The notes below the pieces were generated by a model that saw only the letters and a list, made by a program, of their open reading frames with translations, searched no databases and was not told the DNA's origin. From Malacoraja senta (lineage: Eukaryota), in assembly GCA_038087875.1 (NCBI GenBank), contig CM075989.1:22198001-22262000 (forward strand): 64,000 bases of DNA, read 5' to 3'. Position numbers and translations under genes: made by a program. Positions 1 through 11,272 of this stretch are shown here, in pieces. The first letter of the stretch is position 1. Each line of letters starts with the position of its first letter.

Positions 1-61
1 CTAGTCAATTTATTTCCATTAACGTATAGAAAATTTGACGTTTTCAGGAATATTGATTATC

Positions 62-270
62 TAGTTCAAGTTCAAGTTCCATTTATTGTTACATGCACCT
101 TTTGGTACAGTGAGATTTGAGTTACCATACAGCCATATGAATAAAACGGACACGATACTCGATAACATTTAACATAAACATCCCCACACAGCTGAATCAA
201 CTTTTCCCACTGTTAGGGAAGGCAATAAAGTTCAATCATCTTCCTCTTTGTTCACCCATGGTCAGGGACG
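62..270 (-). mobile_element. 3' end of a non-LTR retroelement (LINE/SINE tail)
   Basis: On the minus strand: AATAAA followed by a (CTTGAA)n-type tail (ttcaagttcaagtt...tttattgttacatg on plus). A similar tail lies at ~44100. Confidence 0.5.
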
Positions 271-308
271 GCGGTCGGGGTCTAGGTCTCATCATGGGTA
301 GTCACTCA

Positions 309-1015
309 CATGGGCGGAAATCCCAGGGGGACAGGGGGAGACGTCCCCTCCATGTTTGAAAGGTGGGGGACAATCCCCCCCCCCCCCATGTTTTGTAATC
401 CGGATTTTGATATTCGGTGAAAAAAAAATTAAAAATCTCCGCTTTCCGCGAGACAGTGGGGGTGGGACTGATGATCGAGGGCGCCGAATGGACAAGAGAG
501 AGTTCGGTCAGCAGGCAGTGGGGGTGGGGGGCGGGACATGATGATTCTGCGCGATGATTGGAGGAGGGAGTTGTCGGTCAGGGGCGGAAGTAGGGGGGGT
601 GGACTGAGGATAGAGCGCGGTGATTGGAGGAGGGAGATGTCCTGGTGGATCAAAGATCATAGAGCGGAGCTTGAATCGGCCCGTTCGCGGGGCCTTTCAT
701 CGCCCGGCACGGCGCGGCGCGGCGCGGCGCGGCCATCCACAGGATCTTCCACCGTCCCGCAGTCAAATTGCTGCATCAAGGCGATCGAGGCTCCCGATGT
801 TGAAGCCCCCGCCGGGCGATGAAAGGCCGATTCAAGCCCCACAATTCAGGGCGGACGAAGCTGCTGTTGCTGGAGTTCAGAGTCGGTCACCAACCAGGTC
901 AGCTCCCGATGTTACCTTCCACAGGGCCCACGGCTGAAGCCTCTGAAGCCTCGTGCATGTGTGTGTGTGCACGCGGCCACCAAGAAATTGTGTCCCCCCT
1001 CATGTTCTGCCCCTG
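309..1015. mobile_element. Non-autonomous hAT-type DNA transposon (MITE)
   Basis: Imperfect TIRs CATGGGCGGAA (309) and TTCTGCCCCTG (ends 1015), flanked by an exact 8-bp TSD GTCACTCA (301-308 and 1016-1023). GC-rich interior, no transposase. Confidence 0.85.
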
Positions 1016-1189
1016 GTCACTCATGATCAAGGATGAGTTGCTTTTATTCTATTTTTGTGTGGTATGGGCTGGGCAGACAGAGGAACAATTTTGGAAGTGA
1101 TGCGCTCTTTCCACCATGTACACTGGTTTCCATGTGCTCCAGATGGATGGACACATTATTGTCCCACAAATTGGTCTCTGCAAATTTCA

Positions 1190-1418
1190 GTTTAATTTAG
1201 TTTAGTTTAGGGCTACAGCATGGAAACTGGCCCTTCGGCCCACCGAGTCCGCAATTCCCGCACACTGACGCTGTCCTACACACATTAGGGACAATTTACA
1301 ATTATACCAAGCCAATTAACCTACAAACCTCTACTTCTTTGAAGTGTGGGAGGAAACCGGAACACCCGGAGAAAACCCACGCAGGTCACGGGGAAAACGT
1401 ACAGCCTCGGTACAGACC
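1190..1418 (-). mobile_element. HE1-type V-SINE, 5'-truncated
   Basis: (CTAAA)n tail, GGGCCGAAGGGCC 3' stem and V-domain core (GGTTTCCTCCCACAC..CAAAG) on the minus strand. Confidence 0.85.
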
Positions 1419-1585
1419 AGCAGAAGCAAAGCAATGTAGTCAGGCCAGACGTGTGCGATAACATACCAGTGTATTAAGAATATCACATAAAATGGAAATA
1501 AAGGAACACGTTGTGGATCACAAATCACAACAAATTAATTTTAAAGTAGTCATTCACTCAAAGTCAATAAACTACAGAAATAAAA

Positions 1586-1700
1586 TGGTGTCAGGGATTA
1601 TGGGGCAAGGCAGGAGAATGGGGCTGAGAGGAAAAGATCGATCAACCACGATTGAATGGCGGAGTAGACTTGATGGTCTGAATGGCCTAAATCTACTCTT
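1586..1700 (+). mobile_element. CR1 LINE 3' fragment
   Basis: GGCAGGAGAATGGGG...GATTGAATGGCGGAGTAGACTTGATGG matches the 3' ends of the longer CR1 copies in this window. Confidence 0.8.
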
Positions 1701-2099
1701 ATCTCTTCTGTACGTATGAAATATTATGTCTTAATATGATGAGAATCTGAGAGAGAAAAAAATACTATTGCAATATGCATTGGAGTTGAATGCAATAAAT
1801 TTAACTGTAATGCTAAATAACCATTAAATGTTATTAAATAAGTGGTCTCCAAATAGAAGAATTGGTCAGGAGGAGGAACATCTGGAAGAATTGGTCAGTT
1901 ATTATCGACTTACAAAACAAACATAATTCAAAATTCCACAGAGATGAAACGATGAAAGAAGCATCAGAATTTGCTAAGGTTCTGACGCTTCTTCCATAGA
2001 TGCAAAATTAATTACAGGATAGGTAATACCAAAATGTTGTTGTTTGTTGTTTGTGCGTACGTACAGCATGTGTGAGTGAGTGTGTACTTGTGCGTATGT

Positions 2100-2100
2100 G

Positions 2101-2187
<87 letters not shown>
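2100..2187. repeat. (TA)n(TG)n compound microsatellite
   Basis: Directly visible. Confidence 0.97.
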
Positions 2188-2191
<4 letters not shown>

Positions 2192-2209
2192 GTGAGTATA
2201 GGTATATGT

Positions 2210-2341
2210 ACACTCTGAACTCTCTCTCGTTTATTATGTTGTTTACAGAGTACTATGTTTACATGTTCTGTTGTGCTGCTGCAAGTAAGAATTTCATTGT
2301 TCTATCTGGAACATACGACAATAAAACACTCTTGACTCTTG
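2210..2341 (+). mobile_element. Rex1/Babar-like LINE 3' tail
   Basis: TGTTGTGCTGCTGCAAGTAAG...GACAATAAA plus a (CTTGA)n-like tail. The same end lies on the minus strand at ~62853-62930, attached to a Rex1-like coding remnant. Confidence 0.65.
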
Positions 2342-2889
2342 GCTCTTCTGTATTTAAAAGCCATTTGGATAGATGTATGGATAGGAAGGGTTTAGAGGCT
2401 ATGTGCAAAGACAGAAATGGCAACTTGGTTGGCATGGACTAGGTGGACCAAAGGGCCTCTCTCCATGCTTTATATCTCTATGGCTCTATTATGATAGGTA
2501 AGGAATAGCAAGGGCTATGTAAGGACTAAACATATTGGTTTGAGTGTAGTCTATACATTGAATGAAGATGGCATAATCATAAATATGCACTAATATTTGA
2601 CTGGTCTTAATCACAAGGATGAGTTGGCAGAATTGCTAATACGTTTCAAGTCATTCTTGGGGTGACAAAGTTTTAGTTGGTAAAGAAAAATTAGTAGTGA
2701 TTTTTCGAGTCATGCTTCAGTGGACAAAGCGGAGGTTGTGAGGAATGGTTGCAAGGAGAGTGTGTTGAAGAACCCGAAGTATTTAAAAATGAGATGCCTT
2801 AAAAAAAATATTTGTAGCAATTTATTTTGTTAAGGGTCAAAAAAGTGGTATTTTGTTTCCATGTTTGGGTACAGGATCTCTCACAGACC

Positions 2890-3025
2890 CATAAGGTCAT
2901 AAGTGATAGGAGCAGAATTAAGCCATTTGGCCCATCACGTCTACTTCGCCATTCAATCGTGGCTGGTCTATATCTCCCTCCTATCCCCATTCTCCTGCCT
3001 CCTCCCCATAACCTCTGACACCCCA
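2890..3025 (-). mobile_element. CR1 LINE 3' fragment
   Basis: Reverse complement of the CR1 3' UTR, ending GCTCCTATCACTTATGACCTTATG. Confidence 0.8.
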
Positions 3026-3874
3026 GGAAGAAGGCAAGTACCTGTTCATTGTGGCACAGCTATCTTACAGATCACATACACGTCAAGGATTCTTCCACAC
3101 CACGCAATTCGTCTGGGTCAACGCTATCTGACCTTATGGGCACTGTTCTATTTATGGTCACAGCCTCACTTTGTCTGGAGCGTAAGACAACAAAGTCTGA
3201 TCAGGAGGGAACAAGCCCATTAACTAATTCACTAATAAATAAAATTAAATTTTTGTAAAGACTTAAATATTAATCTTTCCGCAGAACCTTGGTAAAAATC
3301 AACAAAGTTAGGTTGGGAACGGGAAAGATCTTGTACTTACGGTTGCTCTTTATTGTGTGGTCCATTTATCGGACTTGTGGTAGTCCAAACGCATTCTACA
3401 TCCCAATGAGAAATTCAGGGCAACGAGGAAAATAGCGGACATTTTCTCTCGAACCCACACAAGTGATTAAAACTCATCATTGTGGAGTTGATCTCCATTG
3501 TGGGATATCAACTACTCATATGAAATTATCTCATCCAGGCATGATCTCATCCAGCTCTGAATTGAAAGCATATTGCACATCAGTATTCATTGCACAAGTT
3601 GGCAATCTGCTCCATAGATTCACTATCCTTTGCCTTTAGAATAACCACCAGAGAAAAACGGACTGGTTCTGTGCTTATCTAACTTGCAACATGACCTTAG
3701 CGTCTTTTCTAACCCATTGAGCTGAAATAATTGATCACATAAACACAGTTCAATCTCTTCATTGTTTTTTAAACCTCAATAAAAATGCCCCCAACTCTAC
3801 ACTTCTCTAAAATATGGTAGCACAATTTGGGGGAATAACTTAGTTAAATCTGTTTAACGATTAAAGTGAAGATT

Positions 3875-4045
3875 GACACAAAAAGCTGGAGTAACTCAGC
3901 GGGCCAGACAGTATCTCTGGAGAGAAGGAATAGGTGATGTTTCGAGTCGAGACCCTTCTTCAGGGATGCTGTCTGGCCCGCTGAGTCACTCCAGCTTTCT
4001 TGTGTCTATCTTCGGTTTAAACTAGCATCTGCCGTTCTTTCCTAA
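3875..4045. mobile_element. Penelope-like element terminal hairpin remnant
   Basis: Inverted arms GACACAAAAAGCTGGAGTAACTCAGCGGG ... CCCGCTGAGTCACTCCAGC..TGTGTC; hammerhead-like core on minus at ~3938-3963. Confidence 0.75.
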
Positions 4046-4526
4046 CAATGCAAGTGATTTGATTAGGGAAATAAATGTTGTGGTTAATTTTACTCCTTTT
4101 CCAATATTAATGTTCGATAGCAAGATTCAAGTTTTCAAAGTTGTTACTAGAGCTGTCAATATATTGCAACTATTGATCCCCGAACAACAGCGACAAAATC
4201 GGTCCCAAACAAATGCTACTCTGTTGAAACTGTCTGACTGGAACTGAAATCCATGCCCGGGAGAGAGCTCTTTATAGATTTAGTCGCACACAGGAATTCT
4301 CCCAACCACTAAAATGTAATTCCTTTGAGAGTGTGAGTGTAAGTGTTTGTACACAGTAGGTATTTAAGTAAGTGTGGTGGTGCAGTGTTTAAATTACTGG
4401 ACTAGACATGGTACTTGTAAACCCAGCCCCTCGCACTCTGTAAATCATCAACACCACTAACTTGACATTTAACATAGATCTGATGGTAGAGGATTTCAGG
4501 CCCACTTCTGTTAATTGAAATGAACT

Positions 4527-5420
4527 TTTAGTTTAGTTTAGAGATACAGCCTGGAAACAGGCCCTTCGGCCCACCGAGTCCACGCCAGTCATTGATCGCC
4601 ACATACTAACACCATCCTACACACACGAGGGGACAATTTGCAATCTTACCAAAGCCAATTAACCAACAAACTTGTACGTTTTTGGAGTGTGGGAGGAAAC
4701 CGGAGCATCCGGAGAAAACCAAGGCAGGTCACGGGGAGACAGTACAAACTCATTACAGACAGCACCCGTAGTCAGGATCGAGCCCAAGTCTCTGGTGCTT
4801 CTTCTTCTTTCGTGTCCATCGTCTATGTTTCAATTGTTCGGTCAGGCTCTTGCGCAGTGGACAGCCTTCTCGTTTGCCACCGCTAGATCTTCCAGGCAGC
4901 ATTGTTCACCAAGAAGTGGGCATTGTAGTAGGTGTGGCGTGGATTGTACAGATGTTCCACATTCACATTCCGTGTCTGCCGCATCTGCAGAGCCCCATTT
5001 GCCCACATTGGTCTCGCATCGGCCCATCCCTGTACGAAGCCTATTGAGGGACTTCCAGGTCTTCCAGTCACACCTGTGACCAGGTGGTAGCTGTTCCTTG
5101 GTTGGGATGGGCATCTTTACGTGGTGGCGGTTTTCACTGCTTTTTCCCCCCCACAAGGCTAGTCTGGTTGCTTGAGGAGACTGTGACAGTGGCTGGACTA
5201 TGTGAAGGAAGCTCTTCCTCCACTTCAGCCATTTTGGGGCTGGGTGATGGGAGTGACAGGAGTGGCGGATGGCACCAACTTGCCCACCACGTTCAGTTCT
5301 ACCGGCAACTGATCTGTGGATACTTGGTGGAGCAATACCGGCCAAGACATACAAGCTATCCACATCTGTTGGTTTTAGGCAGCCAGTGACGTATCTCAGG
5401 CGCTGTGAGGCAGCAACTGT
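4527..5420 (-). mobile_element. HE1-type SINE split by an RTE-X insertion (SINE parts 4527-4799 and 5394-5420)
   Basis: The SINE body stops at TCTCTGGTGCT (4789-4799) and resumes at TCTCAGGCGCTGTGAGGCAGCAACT (5394 onward). Confidence 0.85.
4800..5393 (-). mobile_element. RTE-clade (RTE-X-like) LINE 3' fragment
   Basis: Minus frame reads VTGCLKPTDVDSLYVLAGIAPP...LNRLRTG...CECG..QSTPHLLQCP, the post-RT C-terminus with a CCHC-like motif typical of RTE-X. It has a (GAA)n tail and an 11-bp imperfect TSD. Confidence 0.8.
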
Positions 5421-5610
5421 ACAAAAGATTATTGGTGGAGCAGTCTGAGTAACAACTTAAATATTAGAAATTCCAATCAGCCTGTTTTCAAATTGTTGGA
5501 GTTTTTTTGTGTTACTTTGCATGATCTAATTTTTTACATTAAATTGGGCCTCACTATCATAAGAAAGTTCAGATGCTGGAATGTTGCATCGAGCACTAAG
5601 GGCATGGAAT

Positions 5611-5940
5611 AGGGCATCACAGTAGCACAGTGGTGTTGCTGCTGCCTCACAGTGACTGAGACACGAGTTTGATCCTGACTACAGGTGCTGACTGTACCAT
5701 CTCCCTGTGACAGCTTGGGTTTCCTCCAGCTGCTCCGGTCAGTCCCCTCCCACATTTCAAAGACGTGTGGGTTTGTAGGTTAATTGGCCTCTGTAAATTG
5801 CCCCTAATGTGCAGGATGCGAAAGTGGTGTAACAGGGAACTAGTGTGCAGGTGATCAATGGCCAGTGTGGACTCGGTGGGCTGAAGGGCCTGTTTCCGCG
5901 CTGCATCTATAACCAAAACTAAACTAAACTAAACTAAACA
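5611..5940 (+). mobile_element. HE1-type V-SINE, near full length
   Basis: tRNA-like head with A and B boxes, V-domain, GGGCTGAAGGGCCTGTTTCC end and (CTAAA)n tail. Confidence 0.9.
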
Positions 5941-6056
5941 TAGCAGGTTAGGCAGCATCTTTGGAGGCCATAGACAGGCAATGTTCTGCATCAGGACCCT
6001 TCTTCTGACTGCAATAATTAAGTCATAACTCTGGATAATGAAAAGACCATCAAAAC

Positions 6057-6135
6057 TTTGATCATAAAAACAAAGCCATTAACTCTTAAAATTACCCGCA
6101 TTTGTTTTTATCATTTTACTATGTCAGCAGGCGAA
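6057..6135 (+). repeat. 79-bp sequence duplicated at 8099-8177
   Basis: Direct repeat with 3 mismatches in 79 bp. Confidence 0.95.
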
Positions 6136-6309
6136 TGTTTAATGCAATGTGTTTGAAGATCATTATTAATTTTGGTGCTCAGTTTTATTCCCGATCAGTG
6201 CCTAAAACAAAGTATGTGGGATTGGTTAGACTGTAACAAATAGGATTGTTATTGTTTATTTGCCAAATTATTATTTCCATCAAACACAATGTTTAATATA
6301 ACAAGAAAA

Positions 6310-6420
6310 GGGCAGCACAGTAGCACAGCGGTAGAGTTGCTGCCTTACTGCGCTTGCAGCGCCAGAGACCCGGGTTCGATCCTGACTACGGGTGCTTTCT
6401 GAACGGAGTTTGTACATACT
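6310..6420 (+). mobile_element. HE1-type SINE 5' head
   Basis: GGGCAGCACAGTAGCACAGCGGTAGAG...GGTTCGATCC (B box). Confidence 0.85.
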
Positions 6421-6429
6421 CTCTTTCAT

Positions 6430-6668
6430 TCAGCCTATCAAGTCTACTCTGGCAATTCAATCATGGCTGATCATTCTTTCTTTCCCTTCTCCATTCTCCT
6501 GCCTTCTCCCCATAACCCCTGACATCCCTTAACTAATCAAGACCCTGTCAATCGCCACCTTCAAAATATCCATTGACTTGGCCGCCACAGCCGTCTGTGG
6601 CAAACGATTCCACAGAATCACCACCATCTGATTAAAGAAATTCCTTGTCATCTCCTTTCTAAAGGTAC
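6430..6668 (-). mobile_element. CR1 LINE 3' fragment
   Basis: Reverse complement of the CR1 ORF2 C-terminus and 3' UTR. Confidence 0.75.
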
Positions 6669-6731
6669 GAGAAGGTGTAGATATTGCAAGCAGATGTGGG
6701 TCAACAAATGTTGGGGGTTTCTATTGGGTGA

Positions 6732-7022
6732 TGGCAGCACAGTGACGCTGTGGTTATTTTGCTTCCTTACAGTGCCAGAGACCCAGGCTTGATCCTGATT
6801 ATGGGTGCTGTCTGGATGGAATTTGTAGGTTCTCCTTGTGATTGCGTGCTCTATTTCCTCCCACGCTCCAAAGATGTGCGTTTTTTTAGGTTAATTGACT
6901 ATGGTAAAAAGTGTTAATTATCCCTAGTGTGTAGGATGGTGCTAGTGTATGGGGTGATCACTGGTTGGAGTGGATTCGATGGGCCAAATGGCCTGTTTTT
7001 GCTCTGTATCTCCAAAGACTAA
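6732..7022 (+). mobile_element. HE1-type V-SINE, diverged
   Basis: Head, V-domain and tail are all recognisable. Confidence 0.85.
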
Positions 7023-7039
7023 AATAATGTCTAAAGTAA

Positions 7040-7550
7040 AACTCAGCAGATCAGGCAGCACCTGGGAGGAAGTAAATAGGTGAAACTTTGGTTTTAGACC
7101 CTTCTTCTGACTTACTGTAGTAGGGAGGAGAAAGCTGTGAAAGATAGATGGGGCCAGGACAAAATATGGCAAGTGATAGGTGGATACAGGTGATGGGAGG
7201 GGGGGGGAGGAGAAGGGGTGGGGGGGGGAGAAGGGTGGGGGTGGGAATAGGTTGCAAAGGCTGGAATTGAAAAGTAGACAAAAGTGTGTCAGATAAGAAG
7301 AGGAATGAAATGTAAAGCTAGAGGGAGGGATGTAGGTGGAAGGGACAGTGCGGAGGGGAAAGAGGGGGCGTTGATAAGTAAATGAAGGACTCAGGGATGG
7401 GAGATAAGTGTAAAAAGGAAGAGAAAGGAATAAGGTGACTGGGAGGAGGGAGATAGTGGGAGAAGTGGAAGCACATGGATGGGAGAGGTGTGTTACTTGC
7501 AATTGGAGAATTCAATGTTCATACCAATGAAGGCTACTAAAGTGGAATAG
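7040..7550 (-). mobile_element. Penelope-like element 3' region
   Basis: Minus strand carries a GIY-YIG C-terminal remnant (GMNIEFSN-like, ~7500-7525), a pyrimidine-rich 3' UTR and a degenerate hammerhead/terminal repeat at ~7040-7110. Confidence 0.7.
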
Positions 7551-7751
7551 TGTCATCTCAATTTTATTTTAATTATTTTGGATAAATAATTTTTTCCTTT
7601 GTGCTTTTCAATCTCATAAATAATCTTCTGCCTATGACAACTATGCTCTGGTGATTGCTAACATCACTGCGTTATTGATGTTACCAGCAGTAACACTAGA
7701 CGCAAGTATCTTTAGTTCAAATGACCTTGACATACCTTCCCTGACCGAATA

Positions 7752-8098
7752 GTGAAAGACCTGGATAGAATGTATATGGAGCGAATGTTTCCACTAGTGG
7801 AAGAGTCTAGGACCAGAGGCCACAGCCTCAGAATAAAAGGACGTTCCTTTAGGGAGAAAATAAGGAGGAATTTATTTAGTCGGAAGGTGGTGAATCTGTG
7901 GAATTATTTGCCACAGAAGGCTTTGGAGGCCAAGTCAGTGGATATTTTTAAGTCAGAGATATATAGAATCTTAATTAGTACAGGTGTCAGGGGTTATGAG
8001 GAGAAGGCAGGAGAATGGGGTTAGGATGGAGAGATAGATCAGCCATGATTGAATGGTGGAGTAGACTTGATGGGCCGAATGGCCTAATTCTGCTCCTA
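7752..8098 (+). mobile_element. CR1 LINE 3' fragment
   Basis: ORF reads SRTRGHSLRIKG...VVNLWN.LPQ (CR1 ORF2 C-terminus), followed by the 3' UTR. Confidence 0.9.
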
Positions 8099-8177
8099 TT
8101 TGATCATATAAACAAAGCCATTAACTCTTAACATTACCCGCATTTGTTTTTATAATTTTACTATGTCAGCAGGCGAA
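8099..8177 (+). repeat. Copy of 6057-6135 inserted in the CR1 tail
   Basis: Sits between CTCCTAT and ACTTATG of the CR1 terminal motif. Confidence 0.9.
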
Positions 8178-8924
8178 CTTATGGGATGTGCAGTATACAA
8201 ATGTCTGGGTGTGAAAATACTCAAAGACATTTGAACTTAGTTATTAAAATTTTTTGTTTTACTTTCAGAAGGTTTTGGTATCCCTTTGAAGCATGCTTCA
8301 ACTTAGAGATAACCGTTCCCACGCCTTGCCCTCATACCCTTAAGGGCTGTGTTTGTCTTTATAAATCGGCCTTATCAGTACTAAATACAATGATTCATAA
8401 TGTTGAAATGTGCAAAAGTAAACCTGACCAAAATGCCATTAAAATGCTCTAACCTTTCGTGAGGTTGATAAGGTGCTGATTTCACTTGTTGCAACTTCTC
8501 TTTATCTCCAAATCATTATCAAAAAAATATTAATAGCTAATGTTATCGTTGATTCTTATAACCTTTGTTGACCTGTTTGACTATGTCATATCCAGAGCTG
8601 TTCCTTTGTTCACCTTGGTACGACCTCGCACCCTGTCTGCACTGAGTCATGCGTCAATATTATATATGTCATGACGCCCTCTCTAGGCTCTATGTATTTT
8701 GGCTGATAGATACATTTCCAGGGTGAACTGATGGACCTCCTGGAGTCTTTCAGACATTTTTTGGCCATTTTAAAAAAACATATTGAAAAGCAAACACCAT
8801 GTCTCTGTGTGAGTTGCTGTACCTTAATGGCGGCACACAACGCTATCACCCAGAGGATGTGTCACGGTGAATACTGGGAATGCAAAAATGCATTGGCTTC
8901 CGATAACAACTGACCTATCGGAGA

Positions 8925-11272
8925 CATAGAAACATAGAAAATAGGTGCAGGAGGAGGCCATTTGGCCCTTCGAGCCAGCACCGCCATTCATTCTGATCAT
9001 GGCTGATCATCCACAATCATTAACCTGTGCCTGCCTTCTCCCCATAATCCCTTGATTCCGCTAGCCCCTAGAGCTCTATCTAACTCTCTTTTAAATTCAT
9101 CCAGTGAATTGGCCTCAACTGCCTTCTGTGGCAGAGAATTCCACAAATTCACAACTCTCTGGGTGAAATAGTTTTTTCTCACCTCAGTCTTAAATGGCCT
9201 TCCCTTTATTCTAAGACTGTGGCCCCTGGTTTTGGACTCTCCCATCATTGGGAACATTTTTCCTCCATCTAGCTTGTCCAGTCCTTTTATAATTTTATAT
9301 GTTTCTATAAGATCCCCTCTCATCCTAAATTCCAGTGAATACAACCCCCGTCTTTCCAATCTTTCCTCATATGACAGTCCACCATCCCGGGGATTAACCT
9401 TGTGAGCCTACGCTGCACTCCCGCAATAGCAAGGATGTCCTTCCTCAAAGTAGGAGACCAAAACTGCACACAATACTCCAGATGTGGTCTCACCAGGGCT
9501 CTGTACAACTGCCGAAGGACCTCTTTACTCCTATACTCACATCCTCTCGTTATGAAGGCCAACATGCCATTAGCTTTCTTCACAGTCTGCAGTATCTGCA
9601 TGTTTACTTTCAGTGACTGGTGTACAAGGACACCCAGGTCTCATTGCACTTCCCTTTTTCCTAATCTGACACCATTGAGATAATAATCTGCCAACTTGTT
9701 CTTGCCACCAAAATGGATAACCTCACTTTTATCTACATTATACTGCATCTGCCTTGCATCTGCCCACTCACTCAACCTGTCCAGGTCACCCTGCAACCTC
9801 CTAGCATCATCTTCACAGTACACACTGCCACCCAGCTTTGTGTCATCTGCAAATTTGCTAGTGTTACTTTTAATCCCATCATCTAAATCATTAATATATA
9901 TTGTAAATAGTTGTGGCCCCAGCACCGAGCCTTGCAGCACTCCACTCGCCACTGCCTGCCATTCTGACAGGGAACCATTTATTCCTACTCTTTGTTTCCT
10001 GTCTGCCAACCAATTATCTTTCCATGTCAATACTCTACTCCCAAAACCATGTGCTTTAATTTTGCCCACTAATCTCCTGTGTGGGACCTTATCAAAAGCT
10101 TTCTGAAAGTCTAGATACACTATATCCACTGGCTCTCCTTCATCCATTTTACTTGTCACATCCTCAAAAAATTCCAGAAGATTAGCCAAGCAGGGTTTCC
10201 CCTTCATAAATCCATGCTGACCTGGACCAATCATTTTACTGCTATCCAAATGCGCCCTTATTACTTCTTTAATAATTGACTCCAACATCTTCCCCACCAC
10301 CGATATTAGGCTAACTGGTCTATAAATCCCTGTTTTCTCCCTCGCTCCTTTCTTGAAAAGTGGGATAACATTAGCTACCCTCCAATGCACAGGAACTGAT
10401 CCTGAATCTATAGAACAATGGAAAATGATCACCAATGCATCCACAATTTCGAGAGCCACCTCCTTGTGTACCCTGGAATCCAGACCATCAGGCCCTGGGG
10501 ATTTATCATCCCTCAGCCCCATCAGTCTACCCAATACTATTTCTCGCCTATTGCAAATTTATTTCAGTTCCGCTGTCTCCCTAGATCCTCTGTCCTCTAG
10601 TACATCTGGGAGATTGTTTGTGTCTTCCTTAGTGAAGACAGAACCAAAGTACCTGTTCAACTCTTCTGCCATTTCCTTGTTCCCCATAATAATTTCACCC
10701 GTGTCTGCCTTCAAGGGACCCACATTTGTGTTTACTAATCTTTTTTATCTTAACATAACTAAAGAATCTTTTACTATCCTTTACCTTCTTGGCCAGCTTA
10801 CCCTCGTACCTCATCTTTTCACCCTGTATTGCCTTTTTGTTACCTTCTGTTGTCCTTTGAAAGTTTCCCAATCCTCTGGCTTCCCGCTACTCTTTGCTCT
10901 GTTATACACCTTTTATTTTACTTTTATTTCATCCCTAACTTCCCTTGTCAGCCAGGGTTGATTATTATTCCACTTAGTCTGAAGAAGGGTTTTGGCCCAA
11001 AACGTTGCCTATTTCCTTCACTCCATAGATGCTGCTGCACCCGCTGAGTTTCTCTAGCACTTTTGTCTACCATTACTCCACCTAGAATCTTTCTTCCTCT
11101 TTGGAATGAAATGATCCTGCATCTTCTGGATTATGCCCGGAAATTCCTGCCATTGCTGTTCCACCGTCATTCCTGCTGGGATCCTTTTCCGGTCGACCTT
11201 GGCCAGCTCCTCTCTCATGCCTTCGTTATCCCCTTTGTTCAACTGCAACACTGGCACTTCTGATTTAACCTT
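8925..11272 (-). mobile_element. 5'-truncated CR1 LINE, ORF2 reverse transcriptase pseudogene
   Basis: ORFs 9641-10534 (KSPGPDG, YRPVSL, YLDFQKAFDKVPH, QGSVLGP, FADD), 9320-9601 and 8997-9359 lie in different frames, indicating frameshifts. (TTTCTATG)n tail at ~8925-8940. Interrupted by a PLE insert at 10978-11071. Confidence 0.95.
10978..11071 (+). mobile_element. Short PLE-derived insert with hammerhead-like core, inside CR1
   Basis: CTGAAGAAGGGTTTTGGCCCAAAACGTTG...; flanked by the imperfect duplication ATTATTCCACTTAG / ATTACTCCACCTAG. Confidence 0.75.

Noticed and set aside
292..1100. GC-rich ORFs and an apparent CpG-island promoter
   Set aside because: They lie within or overlap the TSD-bounded hAT element; the peptides are low-complexity with no recognisable domain.
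3378..3397. Resemblance to miR-219-5p (TGGTAGTCCAAACGCATTCT)
   Set aside because: Two mismatches in the seed, one deletion, and no complementary 3' arm to form a precursor hairpin.
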